The notes under the pieces were generated by a model. That model was not told the DNA's origin and made no database searches. It saw only the letters and a list, made by a program, of their open reading frames with translations. The position numbers and the translations under genes are program-made. A stretch of 61,869 bases of DNA from Gammaproteobacteria bacterium (GTDB lineage Bacteria > Pseudomonadota > Gammaproteobacteria > GCA-002705445 > GCA-002716945). Of the stretch, positions 48,798-60,191 are shown piece by piece. The DNA lies in the NCBI GenBank assembly GCA_018670435.1, contig JABHRC010000014.1, positions 1 through 61,869 on the forward strand, given 5' to 3'. Each line of letters starts with the position of its first letter. Position 1 is the first letter of the stretch.

Positions 48798-49642
48798 TTC
48801 TTATCTAACTTAGTTTTAATTCGATTAAGATATAAGCGTAAAGATTTATCGTTACTTTCAACCATAGTTTTAATCAAACTTAACTCTTTTATGAGCATAT
48901 TGATTGAAGAGATGATATTTTGATTATTACTCATACAAATATCATTCCACATTAATGCATCACTATGAGCCAATCTTGCAAAATCTCTAAAGCCACCGCC
49001 GGTATAATCTTTTATATTTTTTATGGATTTAGTATTTAAGATAATATTAACTAATGCAAAAGAAACGAGATGCGGAAGATGGCTTGTTTCTGATAAAACA
49101 AGATCATGAAGTTCTGATGATATCACTGTAACCTTGCATTTCATATCTTTCCAAAATTTAGATATCTTCTTAATTAAGATTTTATTGCTTTTGTCAGTAG
49201 GTGTTACTAATACAACAGCTTTATTGAAAAGATTATTTTCATAAGAAGTCACGCCACTAGTTTCTTTTCCAGTTAGAGGATGAGAGCCAAGAAAACAATC
49301 GTCAGGATTAGATATCACTAATTTTGATAAATCAATAATATTCTTTTTGGTGCTACCTATATCAGTAATAATCGCACTAGACTTTTTATACTTATCTATC
49401 GTCTTGAATATTTTCATGTAAGAACCCATTGGAGCACATATTATTATAAAATCAGACTCCGATAAAAATTTATAATCTTTATCATCATAATCATTTATAA
49501 GCTTTTTTTCTTTAGCAAACTCAAGACTTTTACCATTGCTGTCAAAAGCATAGATTTTTTTTGCAAGTTTGTTACTTTTAATTGATTTTGCAAGCGAAGC
49601 ACCCATCATTCCTAGGCCAAAAATATATATAGAGTTATACAT
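48794..49642 (-). CDS. tyrA: Prephenate/arogenate dehydrogenase
   Basis: FGLGMMGAS, TDIGSTK, HPLTGKE, SHLPHL, GFRDFARLA. Confidence 0.92.
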   Translation of the reverse strand: MYNSIYIFGLGMMGASLAKSIKSNKLAKKIYAFDSNGKSLEFAKEKKLINDYDDKDYKFLSESDFIIICAPMGSYMKIFKTIDKYKKSSAIITDIGSTKKNIIDLSKLVISNPDDCFLGSHPLTGKETSGVTSYENNLFNKAVVLVTPTDKSNKILIKKISKFWKDMKCKVTVISSELHDLVLSETSHLPHLVSFALVNIILNTKSIKNIKDYTGGGFRDFARLAHSDALMWNDICMSNNQNIISSINMLIKELSLIKTMVESNDKSLRLYLNRIKTKLDKK

Positions 49643-50752
49643 TTATTTTAATCTCTTTAATGATTTTTTAAGTTTTTTAATAAACATGACATTCTCGTCT
49701 TTTGTACCAATTGTTACTCTCAGGTAGCTAGGAAGTCCATAGTTATCTAAAGGTCTAAGAATTACACCTTCTGACAATAGCATCTCATAAATTAACTGTG
49801 CATTGTTACCCAAATATACTGTCATAAAATTAGTATAACTATCAATATATGAAATCCCTAGTTTCTTGAATTCTAATTTCAAGAACTGCATTCCAATATT
49901 ATTTAGTTCCAAACTCTTTTTTAGGTATTTTTCATCTGAAAGAGATTCCATGGCCATGGTTTGTGCTACATAGTTGACATTAAAAGGTTGTCTAATTTTA
50001 TTAAAATTAGATATGATCTCTTTCGAGGCTAATCCATATCCTACGCGCACGCCTGCAAGAGCATGGATTTTAGAAAATGATCTTGTGATAATTATGTTGT
50101 TATATTTATTCAGTAAAGATATAGAGCTTTTGAAACCATAATAAGAGGCATATTCATAATAAGCCTCGTCAATCACAATAATTATTTTTTTTGATATTGT
50201 TTTAACAAACTTTTCTATCTTATTAATGGACAGAACTGTCCCAGTTGGGTTTCCGGGGTTTGCAATAAATATTACTTTAGTTTTTTTTGTTATTTTAGAT
50301 CTCATAGATTCTAAGTCTATGCCCATAAAATCTTTACCTTTTTTAGTAATGATTTTTGATTCTATTATTTTCGCATTCATTGTGTTAGAAATAATTTTAT
50401 ATACTAAAAAGGAATGTTTGCAAAAAAGTACTTCAGAATTATTATTTAAATATTTTCGTGCTACAAGCTCAAGAATCTCATTTGATCCATTGCCTATAAT
50501 AATATTATCAGTTGAAATATTTCTTTTAGATATTAATTTATTAATTGCTTGCTTAAGATGTGAGGACTGGCTATCCGGATACCTATTCATCGAACTAATC
50601 ATTTTATTAGCTGCTGATATTGCTTTTTTACTTGGACCAAGTGGATTTTCATTTGATGCTAATTTAATTACATTCTTTAGACCATAAGTTTTCTGAATAT
50701 CCTCTATATTCCTGCCAGGCTGATAAGTTGATGTAGATGTTTTTTTAGCCAT
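49643..50752 (-). CDS. hisC: Histidinol-phosphate aminotransferase
   Basis: KLASNENPLGPS, GNGSNE, NPGNPTG, DEAYYE, RSFSKIHALAGVRVG. Confidence 0.94.
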   Translation of the reverse strand: MAKKTSTSTYQPGRNIEDIQKTYGLKNVIKLASNENPLGPSKKAISAANKMISSMNRYPDSQSSHLKQAINKLISKRNISTDNIIIGNGSNEILELVARKYLNNNSEVLFCKHSFLVYKIISNTMNAKIIESKIITKKGKDFMGIDLESMRSKITKKTKVIFIANPGNPTGTVLSINKIEKFVKTISKKIIIVIDEAYYEYASYYGFKSSISLLNKYNNIIITRSFSKIHALAGVRVGYGLASKEIISNFNKIRQPFNVNYVAQTMAMESLSDEKYLKKSLELNNIGMQFLKLEFKKLGISYIDSYTNFMTVYLGNNAQLIYEMLLSEGVILRPLDNYGLPSYLRVTIGTKDENVMFIKKLKKSLKRLK

Positions 50753-50758
50753 TATGTT

Positions 50759-51832
50759 TTAAATACTTTTAGGGTATGAACCTAAGTTTTTATAGAACGA
50801 ACTTTTTCTCTGTATTTCTTTCAATGCTCTGCTCACGATCTTATCATCAACATGTCCATCAATATCTAGTAAGAACATATATTCCCAGTTATTTATTTTT
50901 GTTGGCATAGATTCTATTTTAGACATACTGATTTTGTTCTTAGATAGAGACGATAATAAATTATTTAATGCACCTACCTTATTGTCCACAGATATTAGTA
51001 TAGAAGTCTTATCCAGCCCACTAGCATTAATGTTATGATTACCGATAATAATGAACCTTGTTGTATTATCTGCGCTGTCATGTATATTGCTCTTTAAAAT
51101 ATTTACTTTGTAAACAGGCGAGCAATTTTTACTAGCTATAGCAGCAGAGTTTTTAAGTTTAATAATTTTCTTAACTGCAGCAGAATTACTTGTAGTAAAT
51201 ATTCTTTCAATACCAGGCATATTTTCATTCAGCCAATAATTGCATTGTAAAAAAGTTTGCTCATGGGCGTAAACTTTTTTAATATGACTAATGTTTTTTT
51301 CATTAGAAAGCAAACAATGTTTTATGTCTAGGTTTACTTCTCCACATAGCCTACCATTTCCTTTAATAAGGTGATCAATAGTTTCCTTGATACTGCCTTG
51401 ATTAGAATTTTCAATTGGAACAACACCAAAGTCTACAGTTTTTCGTGATATGTCAGAAAAAATATCTGATATAGAATTATTAAATTTAATTTCAACTGAC
51501 GAGCCAAAGAATTTATTTAGAGCAAGATTACTATAAGACTGTTGTGGTCCTAGACAACTAACTTTTAAATTAGTTTCAAGCGACAAGCATGACGATATAA
51601 TTTCCCTAAAAATTGTTTGTAAATGTAAAGTTGTAAGAGGACCTGAATTATTTGAGGCTAGCTTTCTTAATATCTGTGCTTCTCTCTCCGGTTTGAATAT
51701 ATCTTTTTTCTGTGTTGATGCTTTTGCTTTTTTTATTTTTTTTGCAAGGTCTGCTCGCTCATTTAGTGAATTGACAATCTTCCTGTCAATTTTATCAATA
51801 AGGGCTCTAATTTTATTTAAATCTTCACTCAT
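50759..51832 (-). CDS. pheA: Chorismate mutase/prephenate dehydratase (P-protein)
   Basis: [16 protein letters not shown] chorismate mutase domain, VPIENS, NTTRF, ACT domain. ATG 51832 overlaps the gyrA stop. Confidence 0.95.
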   Translation of the reverse strand: MSEDLNKIRALIDKIDRKIVNSLNERADLAKKIKKAKASTQKKDIFKPEREAQILRKLASNNSGPLTTLHLQTIFREIISSCLSLETNLKVSCLGPQQSYSNLALNKFFGSSVEIKFNNSISDIFSDISRKTVDFGVVPIENSNQGSIKETIDHLIKGNGRLCGEVNLDIKHCLLSNEKNISHIKKVYAHEQTFLQCNYWLNENMPGIERIFTTSNSAAVKKIIKLKNSAAIASKNCSPVYKVNILKSNIHDSADNTTRFIIIGNHNINASGLDKTSILISVDNKVGALNNLLSSLSKNKISMSKIESMPTKINNWEYMFLLDIDGHVDDKIVSRALKEIQRKSSFYKNLGSYPKSI

Positions 51833-54362
51833 CACTAACAATTGTTTCTGTTGATATCGCCACAAGCTTTTCACCATCTTGTAAAACTTGTAATCTGACT
51901 CCTTGTGTGTTCCTTCCAATTATAGGCATATCATTTACTGATATCTTAATTGTTTTACCCTTGTTTGTAATCATAATTATTTGGTCATCAGCTCCAACGT
52001 TAACCGCGCCAACAACTTTTCCATTACGTGAACTCGTCTTAATGCCAATTACACCAACACCTCCACGCTTTTGGGTATTATAATTTTCCACAGATACTCT
52101 ATTACCATAGCCGTTCTCTGTGACAGTTATTATCTCACCACCTGTAGGTTTCAAAATAGATACGAGTTTTGAGTTTTTAGCTAAATTAATACCTTTCACA
52201 CCTAAAGTTCCCCTAAACCTTTCTCTAACATCAGATTCAGAAAATTTAATTGCTTTACCATTATCCGCGACTAACATTATGAGCTCTTCTTTATCGGTAT
52301 AATGTGCACCCAACAAGATATCTTCTGGCTTAAGTAATATTGCTTTTAAACCAGTAGTACGTATTTTTTTGAATAAATTAATAGGTATTTTATTTATCAT
52401 TCCATTTTTTGTAGACATAAACAAATAAGCATCATGATCAAAAGAGTTTACTACCACAAATGTGCTTATTGATTCATCGCTTGCAAGTGGCAATACATTA
52501 TTGATAGGTCTACCTCTTGCTTGTCTACTTGGGTCAGGTATGTCAAATGCTCTAATAGCATAAACTTTTCCAAGTGTTGAAAAGCATAAAATAATATCAT
52601 GCGTATGCGCCTGACATAACAACTTTGCTTCGTCGCCATCTTTGAATTTGGTAGCATTGATTCCCCTACCTCCTCTCTTTTGACTCTTAAAGTCAGCTGC
52701 TGGCAGACGTTTAACATAGTCGGCTTTTGTTAACACTACTATTATGTCTTCTTTCTTTATCAGATCTTCTTTTCTTAATTCACCTTCATCGTTTGAGACG
52801 ATAGATCTTCGTGGTTCACCATATTCATTTTTTACATCTTCAAGCTCTTTTTTCATTACACCATCAAGTTCTTCGGTATGAGTAAGTATTTTTATATAGG
52901 CTTTAATTTCATTAATAGTTGACTCATAATCGGTAAATATTTTTTCTTGTTCCAACCCAGTAAGCTTCTGAAGTCTTAAATCTAATATTGCCTGTGCTTG
53001 AATTGGTGATAACTTATATAATTTTCCATGTAATCCATATAGGGCATCACTTTTAATAAAAGCATTTGTCTGCTTATCCACAACTCCTAAATACTTGGTA
53101 AGTTGGCCTGGCTCCCATTTTTTTGAGAGTAATGCAGCTTTGGCCTCTGAGGAATTCTTAGATTTCTTGATCATTGAAATTATTTCATCTACATTTAGTA
53201 AAGCTATCCCCAGACCTTCGAGAACATGGGCTTTGTTTTTAGCTTTATCTAGATCATAAAGAGTTCTCTTGGTAATAACCTCTCTTCTATGTTTGATGAA
53301 CTCATTTAAGATTTCAGTAAAACCTAACGTTTTAGGTTCTCCGTCTACAAGGCAAACCATATTTACAGAATAGGATGTCTGAGCATTTGTATGTTTATAT
53401 AATGCACCTAGTAAGACTTCGTGTTGTTCTCCACGTTTCAACTCAATAACTAATCTCATTCCATCTCTATCAGATTCATCTCTAAGATGACTAATTTCAT
53501 TTATTTTTTTATCTCTTACTAGCTGAGCAATATTTTCAATTAACTTTGCTTTATTAACTTGATATGGCAACTCTACAAATATAATTGACGTTCTATCGTT
53601 ATCTTTTTTTTCTATAATATGTTTAGCACGTATTTTAAATGATCCACGTCCATTGAGAAGGGCATTTCTAATACCCCCATCATCTTTAATCTCGCCATAA
53701 GTTGGGAAATCTGGACCCTGGAGATTACTTGCAGTTATTAATTCATCAATATTATTTTTATCAGCTAATAGTGGATTATTAATTATAGCAATTGTCGCAT
53801 CTACAACTTCAATAAGATTATGGGGTGGAATATTTGTAGCCATGCCCACAGCGATACCGGTGGAACCATTAACAAGCAAGTTGGGTATTCTTGTTGGCAA
53901 AACAGTTGGCTCTTTTTCTGAGCCATCATAGTTAGGTGAAAAATCAACAGTATTCTTATCGATGTCTTGTAATAACTCTTGCGATAATTTAGACATTCTA
54001 ACTTCTGTATAACGCATAGCAGCCGGAGAATCACCATCGACAGAGCCAAAGTTACCCTGACCATCAATTAGTGGATGTCTCATAGAAAAAGGCTGAGCTA
54101 ACCTAACTATTGTGTCATAAACGGCAGAGTCACCATGCGGATGATATTTACCTATTACATCACCAACAATTCTTGCTGATTTTTTATAAGATTTGTTCCA
54201 GCCATTATTTAACTCATGCATAGAAAACAGCACTCTTCTATGGACTGGTTTTAAGCCATCTCTAACATCTGGTAAGGCTCTGCCTACTATTACGCTCATA
54301 GCGTAATCTAGATAAGATTGTCTCATTTCTTGTTCGAATCTTATTTCTTGATTTTCTGCCAT
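51825..54362 (-). CDS. gyrA: DNA gyrase subunit A
   Basis: [34 protein letters not shown] catalytic Tyr, GyrA box QKRGGRG. Confidence 0.98.
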   Translation of the reverse strand: MAENQEIRFEQEMRQSYLDYAMSVIVGRALPDVRDGLKPVHRRVLFSMHELNNGWNKSYKKSARIVGDVIGKYHPHGDSAVYDTIVRLAQPFSMRHPLIDGQGNFGSVDGDSPAAMRYTEVRMSKLSQELLQDIDKNTVDFSPNYDGSEKEPTVLPTRIPNLLVNGSTGIAVGMATNIPPHNLIEVVDATIAIINNPLLADKNNIDELITASNLQGPDFPTYGEIKDDGGIRNALLNGRGSFKIRAKHIIEKKDNDRTSIIFVELPYQVNKAKLIENIAQLVRDKKINEISHLRDESDRDGMRLVIELKRGEQHEVLLGALYKHTNAQTSYSVNMVCLVDGEPKTLGFTEILNEFIKHRREVITKRTLYDLDKAKNKAHVLEGLGIALLNVDEIISMIKKSKNSSEAKAALLSKKWEPGQLTKYLGVVDKQTNAFIKSDALYGLHGKLYKLSPIQAQAILDLRLQKLTGLEQEKIFTDYESTINEIKAYIKILTHTEELDGVMKKELEDVKNEYGEPRRSIVSNDEGELRKEDLIKKEDIIVVLTKADYVKRLPAADFKSQKRGGRGINATKFKDGDEAKLLCQAHTHDIILCFSTLGKVYAIRAFDIPDPSRQARGRPINNVLPLASDESISTFVVVNSFDHDAYLFMSTKNGMINKIPINLFKKIRTTGLKAILLKPEDILLGAHYTDKEELIMLVADNGKAIKFSESDVRERFRGTLGVKGINLAKNSKLVSILKPTGGEIITVTENGYGNRVSVENYNTQKRGGVGVIGIKTSSRNGKVVGAVNVGADDQIIMITNKGKTIKISVNDMPIIGRNTQGVRLQVLQDGEKLVAISTETIVSDE

Positions 54363-54526
54363 ATATTGATGATATTCTTGTATAGGTTATTAAATAACTA
54401 TTTTATCATAAACCTTTGGTATACACGACATAATTTATAAGATAGCAAAAATAGCTTTAAAATTGATTTTATGGGTATTTGGCATATTTACCACTAAAAA
54501 AATCTAAATTTAGTATAATAATAAAT

Positions 54527-55789
54527 ATGCAGGATATTGACAAAATTATAAGCTCAAAATGGATTTTATCATCAAAAAATAATAGTTTACTCAAAGATTA
54601 TTCTATTGCCATTGAAGGCAACATCATTAAAGATATACTTCCCTCAAAAGAAGTGTTGAAAAAGTATAAAACCACTGACCATTTGATGTTAAAAAATAAT
54701 ATATTAGTTCCTGGTTTAATAAATAATAATGTTTCTACACCATATATTTTTACCAGAAAATCCTTAAATGATAATTTGAGGCAAAAGATAGATCCTAAAA
54801 AATATCTAGAGCTATCAACAAATATCTCCATTTGCCAAATGATTAAAAATGGGATAACTACATTCACAGATACAAGCTCTCATCCAGAAATAGTGCTTAA
54901 ACAATCCATTAAATCAGGTATTAGAGCCAATGTTGGATTGCCTATATCGAGTTATAAATCTAATTGGGCGAATAAAGAGCAGGAGTATTTTAAAAAAACA
55001 ATTAGCTTTTATGATGAATATAGGAATGACCCATCAATAAAATTATATTTAAATCTTAATTCAATACATATGTTATCAAAACGAGGATTTGAAAAAGTGT
55101 CTCAAATTGTTAGCGAGCTTGATGTTCCCGTAAGGATGCATTTACATGAAGACTTAAATAAATTGAATATATTTAAAAGAAAATACAAGAAAAGACCAGT
55201 GAAGTATTTAGAAGAACTAGGGTTGCTGGGCACTACGTTCACCGCCATTAATCCATTTCATATAAATCAATCTGATTTAAATATAATGCAGAAATATAAA
55301 ATACATATTGTTCATACACCATCGTTTAATATTGTATCTAGAAATACACAATGTAATACAAAACTCTTTCTCAAAAACAATATCAAGGTATCTATTGGGA
55401 CAGGTGAATACATAATAGGAAATAGTGTAGATTTATTTAATGAAATGAGAATAGCATCTCTTTTATCAAAGTTAAGTAAAGATGAAAGCAATCATTTAAC
55501 ACAAAAAGAATTATTAGGGTTAATAATGAAAAATGCTTCTAATGCGTTAGGTCTTAGTTTTGATATTAGTAGGCTTGAGCCTAAGTGTAGCGCGGATATT
55601 ATTTCTATTAAAATAAATAATATAGACATGAGCAGCATAGACTTGTATAAAGATATAGAGAACAAGCTAAATTCAAATAATATTGAACATGTATGGGTTG
55701 CAGGAAAGCAAATATTGAAAGATAAAAAGCTCCTGACAATAAACGAGGATATGTTATATCATAAGTTTACTGAATTAGTGAAAAAATAG
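54527..55789 (+). CDS. MtaD-like (TRZ/ATZ) amidohydrolase fold protein with degenerate metal ligands
   Basis: LVPGLIN, MIKNGITTF, MHLHE, ADII..., HVWVAGK; gyrA/amidohydrolase-ubiG-gph synteny. ATG 54527 preferred over TTG 54479. Confidence 0.8.
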   Translation: MQDIDKIISSKWILSSKNNSLLKDYSIAIEGNIIKDILPSKEVLKKYKTTDHLMLKNNILVPGLINNNVSTPYIFTRKSLNDNLRQKIDPKKYLELSTNISICQMIKNGITTFTDTSSHPEIVLKQSIKSGIRANVGLPISSYKSNWANKEQEYFKKTISFYDEYRNDPSIKLYLNLNSIHMLSKRGFEKVSQIVSELDVPVRMHLHEDLNKLNIFKRKYKKRPVKYLEELGLLGTTFTAINPFHINQSDLNIMQKYKIHIVHTPSFNIVSRNTQCNTKLFLKNNIKVSIGTGEYIIGNSVDLFNEMRIASLLSKLSKDESNHLTQKELLGLIMKNASNALGLSFDISRLEPKCSADIISIKINNIDMSSIDLYKDIENKLNSNNIEHVWVAGKQILKDKKLLTINEDMLYHKFTELVKK

Positions 55790-55798
55790 GCGCAAAGT

Positions 55799-56491
55799 AT
55801 GAATCTTGATAAAAAAGAAATAGATAATTTTGATATATATGCTCATGAATGGTGGAATAAAAGAGGCCCATATAAACTTATACATAATTTAACTCCTTTG
55901 AGGGTAGAATATATTCAAAATAGCATCAATGTAAAAGGTCTAAATATTTTAGATATAGGGTGTGGCGGTGGTTTACTTGCAGAAGAGTTAACCAAAAAAG
56001 GAGCAATTGTAACTGGGCTAGATGCATCTAAAAAAACAATTAATATCGCCAAACAACATGCTAAAGAAAGTAATCTTAATATCAATTATGTTTGCTCTAC
56101 TCTGGAATCATTTATAGAGGAAGATAAAAATAAATATGACTGCATAATATGTTTTGAACTTATTGAGCATATTCCTGATCAAAAAAAGCTTGTCTTAGAT
56201 ATTTCTAAAGTATCAAAAAAGAAATCCAAATTATTTATGTCTACAATAAACAGAAATATTGTTTCGTTTGCGTTTGCAAAAGTCATTGCAGAATATGTTT
56301 TAAAGATAGTACCTCGAGGGACTCATCAATATGGGAAATTCATTAAGCCATCTGAATTAGCAAGATTAGTTGAATTAGCTGAATTCAAAGTTGAAGATAT
56401 TTCTGGGGTAAAATTAAACCCTATAGATTATACTTTTTCATTATCCAGAATGACAAAAATAAATTATTTTATGACTTCAACAAAAAAATGA
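55799..56491 (+). CDS. ubiG: Ubiquinone biosynthesis O-methyltransferase
   Basis: EWWNKRG, LDIGCGGGLL, ELIEHIPD, STINRN, GTHQYGKFIKPSEL. Confidence 0.96.
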   Translation: MNLDKKEIDNFDIYAHEWWNKRGPYKLIHNLTPLRVEYIQNSINVKGLNILDIGCGGGLLAEELTKKGAIVTGLDASKKTINIAKQHAKESNLNINYVCSTLESFIEEDKNKYDCIICFELIEHIPDQKKLVLDISKVSKKKSKLFMSTINRNIVSFAFAKVIAEYVLKIVPRGTHQYGKFIKPSELARLVELAEFKVEDISGVKLNPIDYTFSLSRMTKINYFMTSTKK

Positions 56492-57150
56492 ATAAAAAAA
56501 TAGAATGTATATTATTTGACTTAGATGGAACATTTGCTGATACATCTAAAGATATGTGCGATGCACTAAATACCATTTTAACTGAAAAGAAATTTACTAA
56601 TGTAAATTGCGAAGAGTTAAAGCTTCATATATCTAAAGGCGCTGTAGGTATTATAGATTACGCCTCTAAAATTAATGGGCGCTCTATTGACTCGTCTTTG
56701 ATGAGAGCTGAATTTCTGCAGGAATATTCGGATAATACTTTTGTCCATACAAAAATGATAGATGGTATTTCAAAGCTAATAGAGCATATTGAAATGAATA
56801 AAATCAAATGGGGAATAGTTACAAATAAACATTCAAAATATGTCAATAAAATACTTAAGGGTTTTTCTATCGATGAAGATGTTAAATATTTAGTTACAGG
56901 TGACATGTTAGAAGAAACCAAACCTAGTCCAGAAGGTTTACTTAAAGCTATAGAAATGGCAAATGTAGACGCAGCTAATACTATTTATATAGGCGATGAT
57001 GAAAGAGATATCGTTGCAGGGAAAAGCGCAGGTATGCTTACAGTAGCTGCAGATTTTGGTTTTATCGGACCTGACAAAGACATGTATTCTTGGAATGCTG
57101 ACGTAAATATAGACAATCCTACAGATCTTATTAAAATATTATCTTTATAA
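56488..57150 (+). CDS. gph: HAD hydrolase, phosphoglycolate phosphatase-like
   Basis: FDLDGT, VTNK, KPSPE, IGDDERD; follows ubiG. Confidence 0.85.
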   Translation: MNKKIECILFDLDGTFADTSKDMCDALNTILTEKKFTNVNCEELKLHISKGAVGIIDYASKINGRSIDSSLMRAEFLQEYSDNTFVHTKMIDGISKLIEHIEMNKIKWGIVTNKHSKYVNKILKGFSIDEDVKYLVTGDMLEETKPSPEGLLKAIEMANVDAANTIYIGDDERDIVAGKSAGMLTVAADFGFIGPDKDMYSWNADVNIDNPTDLIKILSL

Positions 57151-57738
57151 GTCTTGAGCTATAATTACAGGCATACTTATAAATGTATTATCAAATAACT
57201 CAATCACATCATTATTATTCATTCTAATGCATCCATGGGATGCTGGCGTGCCAATTTTATCTTCATGGACTGTTCCATGTATATAAATATAACGAGAATA
57301 GCTATCAATATTGTCACCTTTATTGATGCCATCTTCATGACCTTTAAGCCATAATATTCTAGAAGTAATCATGTCATCATGTGTTTCAAAATGCTTATCA
57401 CGTATTTCAGTATTCTGAGGAAGATCTAAGTCATCCAATGTAAGATTATTTGTAATAGGTTTTCTACCTTTAAATATCGTCATTTTAGGCATATTTTCAC
57501 CAATTCTCTCGGCGATATAATGAAGTCCAGGCGGTGTTTTAAAGGAATCATTTAGATTCCCAATCCCAAATTTTGATGTAGACACAGGGTAAGAAAAGAT
57601 AATCACGCTATTTGAAATCAAGAGAAGTATTTGCTTAGACGGTATTACTAAAATATATTTTTCTGAATTTAATGAAGGAAATCTCTCGGTGAAGATATTA
57701 CCTGTTGCTTTTTTTATTAAAAGCTCAATGTTGATCAT
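57145..57738 (-). CDS. YkuD-family L,D-transpeptidase domain protein
   Basis: YPVSTS, TPPG, RYIYIHGT, SHGCIRM. Confidence 0.88.
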   Translation of the reverse strand: MINIELLIKKATGNIFTERFPSLNSEKYILVIPSKQILLLISNSVIIFSYPVSTSKFGIGNLNDSFKTPPGLHYIAERIGENMPKMTIFKGRKPITNNLTLDDLDLPQNTEIRDKHFETHDDMITSRILWLKGHEDGINKGDNIDSYSRYIYIHGTVHEDKIGTPASHGCIRMNNNDVIELFDNTFISMPVIIAQDL

Positions 57739-57740
57739 AA

Positions 57741-59246
57741 TTAGTACACCATAACATCATCATGTGAATCTGCAGGATTTTTATTTTTAGCAGCATCATT
57801 ACGAAGGTCGTCAAGATTTTTAAGATATTCTTCCGTAACATCATTTGTTACATATTTACCATCAAAACAAGATGAGTCAAATTCTTTTACTATAGATCCC
57901 GAGTCTTTTACTGATTTAATTAAATCTGTTAAGTCCTGATAGATAAGTTTATCAGACCCAATTAACTTAGATATTTCTATCTCTGTTCTTCCATCAGCAG
58001 CAAATTCGTTACTGGCGGGCATATCAATTCCATATACATTTGGATACTTAACTGCTGGCGCAGCAGATGCCATATATACTTTTTTTGCACCGGCCTCTCT
58101 TGCCATATCAATAATTTGTTTGGATGTAGTACCACGCACTATAGAATCATCAACTAATAATACATTTTTATCTTTAAACTCTGATGCTATAGCATTTAAT
58201 TTTCTTTTAACAGATTGAGCTCGTTGAGCTTGTTCTGGCATAATAAAGGTTCTACCAATATATCTATTCTTAATAAAACCTTCTCTGAATGGGACTTTAA
58301 GTGAGACGGATAATTCTAATGCAGATATACGACTTGTATCGGGTATTGGCATAACAACATCAATATCGTGATCTTTCCAAGTCTTCATAATTTTCTTAGC
58401 CAGGTTTTGACCCATTTTCATGCGGGCTGTATAAACTGATATGCCATCAATGATAGAGTCTGGTCGAGCAAAATAAACATATTCAAATATACATGGAGTA
58501 TGACCAGTATCCTCAGTGCATAATCTTGTATGAATATTACCATCAATATCCACAAAAATTGCCTCACCAGGCATAATATCTCTCTCTAGTATAAATCCAG
58601 CACTATCTAGTGCTACCGACTCCGAAGCAATCATCGTTTCTATCTTTCCGTCGACTTTTCTAGTTCCAAAACATAATGGTCTAATTCCCATTGGATCACG
58701 GAATGCGACTATTCCTCTATCAGATATTAATGTAACTACAGCATATGCTCCTTTAACTCTTCGATGAACACCTGCCACTGCATAAAATACATCATCAGGA
58801 GTGAAGGTTTCTTTGCTATGTAGGTGTAGTTCATGAGCAAAGATATTTAATAGTATTTCTGAATCTGATTTAGTATTAATGTGTCTTAAATCTTCAGAAA
58901 ATAAATTATTTTTTAATTCTGAAGAATTGATAAGGTTTCCATTATGAGCAAGACCTATTCCATATGGAGAGTTTACGTAAAATGGCTGAGCTTCTGATGA
59001 ACTATCAGCTTGACCAGCAGTTGGATACCTAACATGCCCAATACCCAGCTTTCCTTTAAGTCTTGCAATATGTTTCGCATTAAAGCCGTCTCGTACTAAT
59101 CCCAGTGACTTCCTGAGAGTTATTTTTCCTTTATGATTGGTTAGAATTCCTGATGCATCTTGACCACGGTGTTGCAATACAGTCAGCGACTCATAAATAT
59201 CGCGAACAACATTATTAGACCCATAAACCGCAACTATTCCGCACAT
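57741..59246 (-). CDS. purF: Amidophosphoribosyltransferase
   Basis: MCGIV N-terminal Cys, [30 protein letters not shown]. Confidence 0.98.
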   Translation of the reverse strand: MCGIVAVYGSNNVVRDIYESLTVLQHRGQDASGILTNHKGKITLRKSLGLVRDGFNAKHIARLKGKLGIGHVRYPTAGQADSSSEAQPFYVNSPYGIGLAHNGNLINSSELKNNLFSEDLRHINTKSDSEILLNIFAHELHLHSKETFTPDDVFYAVAGVHRRVKGAYAVVTLISDRGIVAFRDPMGIRPLCFGTRKVDGKIETMIASESVALDSAGFILERDIMPGEAIFVDIDGNIHTRLCTEDTGHTPCIFEYVYFARPDSIIDGISVYTARMKMGQNLAKKIMKTWKDHDIDVVMPIPDTSRISALELSVSLKVPFREGFIKNRYIGRTFIMPEQAQRAQSVKRKLNAIASEFKDKNVLLVDDSIVRGTTSKQIIDMAREAGAKKVYMASAAPAVKYPNVYGIDMPASNEFAADGRTEIEISKLIGSDKLIYQDLTDLIKSVKDSGSIVKEFDSSCFDGKYVTNDVTEEYLKNLDDLRNDAAKNKNPADSHDDVMVY

Positions 59247-59256
59247 ATGCTATATC

Positions 59257-59748
59257 TTATATTTTTAATTCCAAACTATCAAAGAGTGAATTGCCAGTTT
59301 GGACATATTTATCCAAAAAATCCTTAAAAAATGGCATAAACTGAGAATCCTCTATCATATGAAAATTTTTCATGTCAGTTTGGTAGATTATAAATACAAA
59401 GAAAGTTACAAAAACTAAACCTTTTAGAGATCCAAACAGTAACCCGAATACTTTATTATAATTAGATAATCCAATAATATTAATAAATTTCGAGAATATA
59501 AATCCAAGAACAGTAGCTGTCATGAAGGTGATAAGAAATATTGCTATAATTGTTAATATTGAAGATACTTGCTCAGATGAAATATAATTATCTATTATTT
59601 TAGAAGGGATATGGAAATACTTTACAGATAAATAGATGGCTGAGATCCATATTAATAATGAAATAATCTCAGACATAAACCCTTTGAAGAAACCTCTTAT
59701 TGCCCAAAAAGCTAAAAAAAGTAATAGTCCAATATCTAAAACTGACAT
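59257..59748 (-). CDS. cvpA: CvpA family membrane protein
   Basis: RGFFKGFMSE, multi-TM, NKVFGLLFG; between dedD and purF. Confidence 0.9.
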   Translation of the reverse strand: MSVLDIGLLLFLAFWAIRGFFKGFMSEIISLLIWISAIYLSVKYFHIPSKIIDNYISSEQVSSILTIIAIFLITFMTATVLGFIFSKFINIIGLSNYNKVFGLLFGSLKGLVFVTFFVFIIYQTDMKNFHMIEDSQFMPFFKDFLDKYVQTGNSLFDSLELKI

Positions 59749-60191
59749 TAATTATTTAATCTCATAATGTTGCCAGAATAACCTAGAGAGTTGTTAATCT
59801 TAAGAGCAATACTTTTAGCCATTTCTTTATCAACAAATGGACCTATTGCAATTAATTCAGAATTATCTTTAAAGGGTAATTTTATAACTGATTTTATTCC
59901 TATTTTTTTTAAATTACTTGAAAAATCATTAAAAAGTTTTTCTGAGTCAATTTCTGGAAATGATATAACCCAAGACTCAGAAATAATCTGTCTCAATGGT
60001 GTATCATTAGAAATTTCTAAATCTCCATAATTTATTATTTTTGGAGAATTAACTCCTATGTTATTTTCAGGGATATCCAAAGAATATGTAATTTTACTAA
60101 AATTCTGAATATAACTTATCACTGGTGCATGAAAAATATATATTGGAATTAAAAATAAAGAAAATATTAAATATACATTATTGAATTTCAT
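59748..60191 (-). CDS. dedD: DedD-like SPOR-domain cell division protein, short and divergent
   Basis: N-terminal TM, C-terminal SPOR-like segment (IAIGPFVDKEMA), folC-X-cvpA synteny. Confidence 0.6.
   Translation of the reverse strand: MKFNNVYLIFSLFLIPIYIFHAPVISYIQNFSKITYSLDIPENNIGVNSPKIINYGDLEISNDTPLRQIISESWVISFPEIDSEKLFNDFSSNLKKIGIKSVIKLPFKDNSELIAIGPFVDKEMAKSIALKINNSLGYSGNIMRLNN

Noticed and set aside
53074-53082. Perfect DnaA box TTATCCACA in gyrA
   Set aside because: Single intragenic copy with no box cluster or dnaA/gidA context, so not an origin.
52466-54067. Same-strand out-of-frame ORFs inside gyrA (52466-52717, 53801-54067)
   Set aside because: gyrA is intact in one frame; no evidence of frameshifting or recognisable products.
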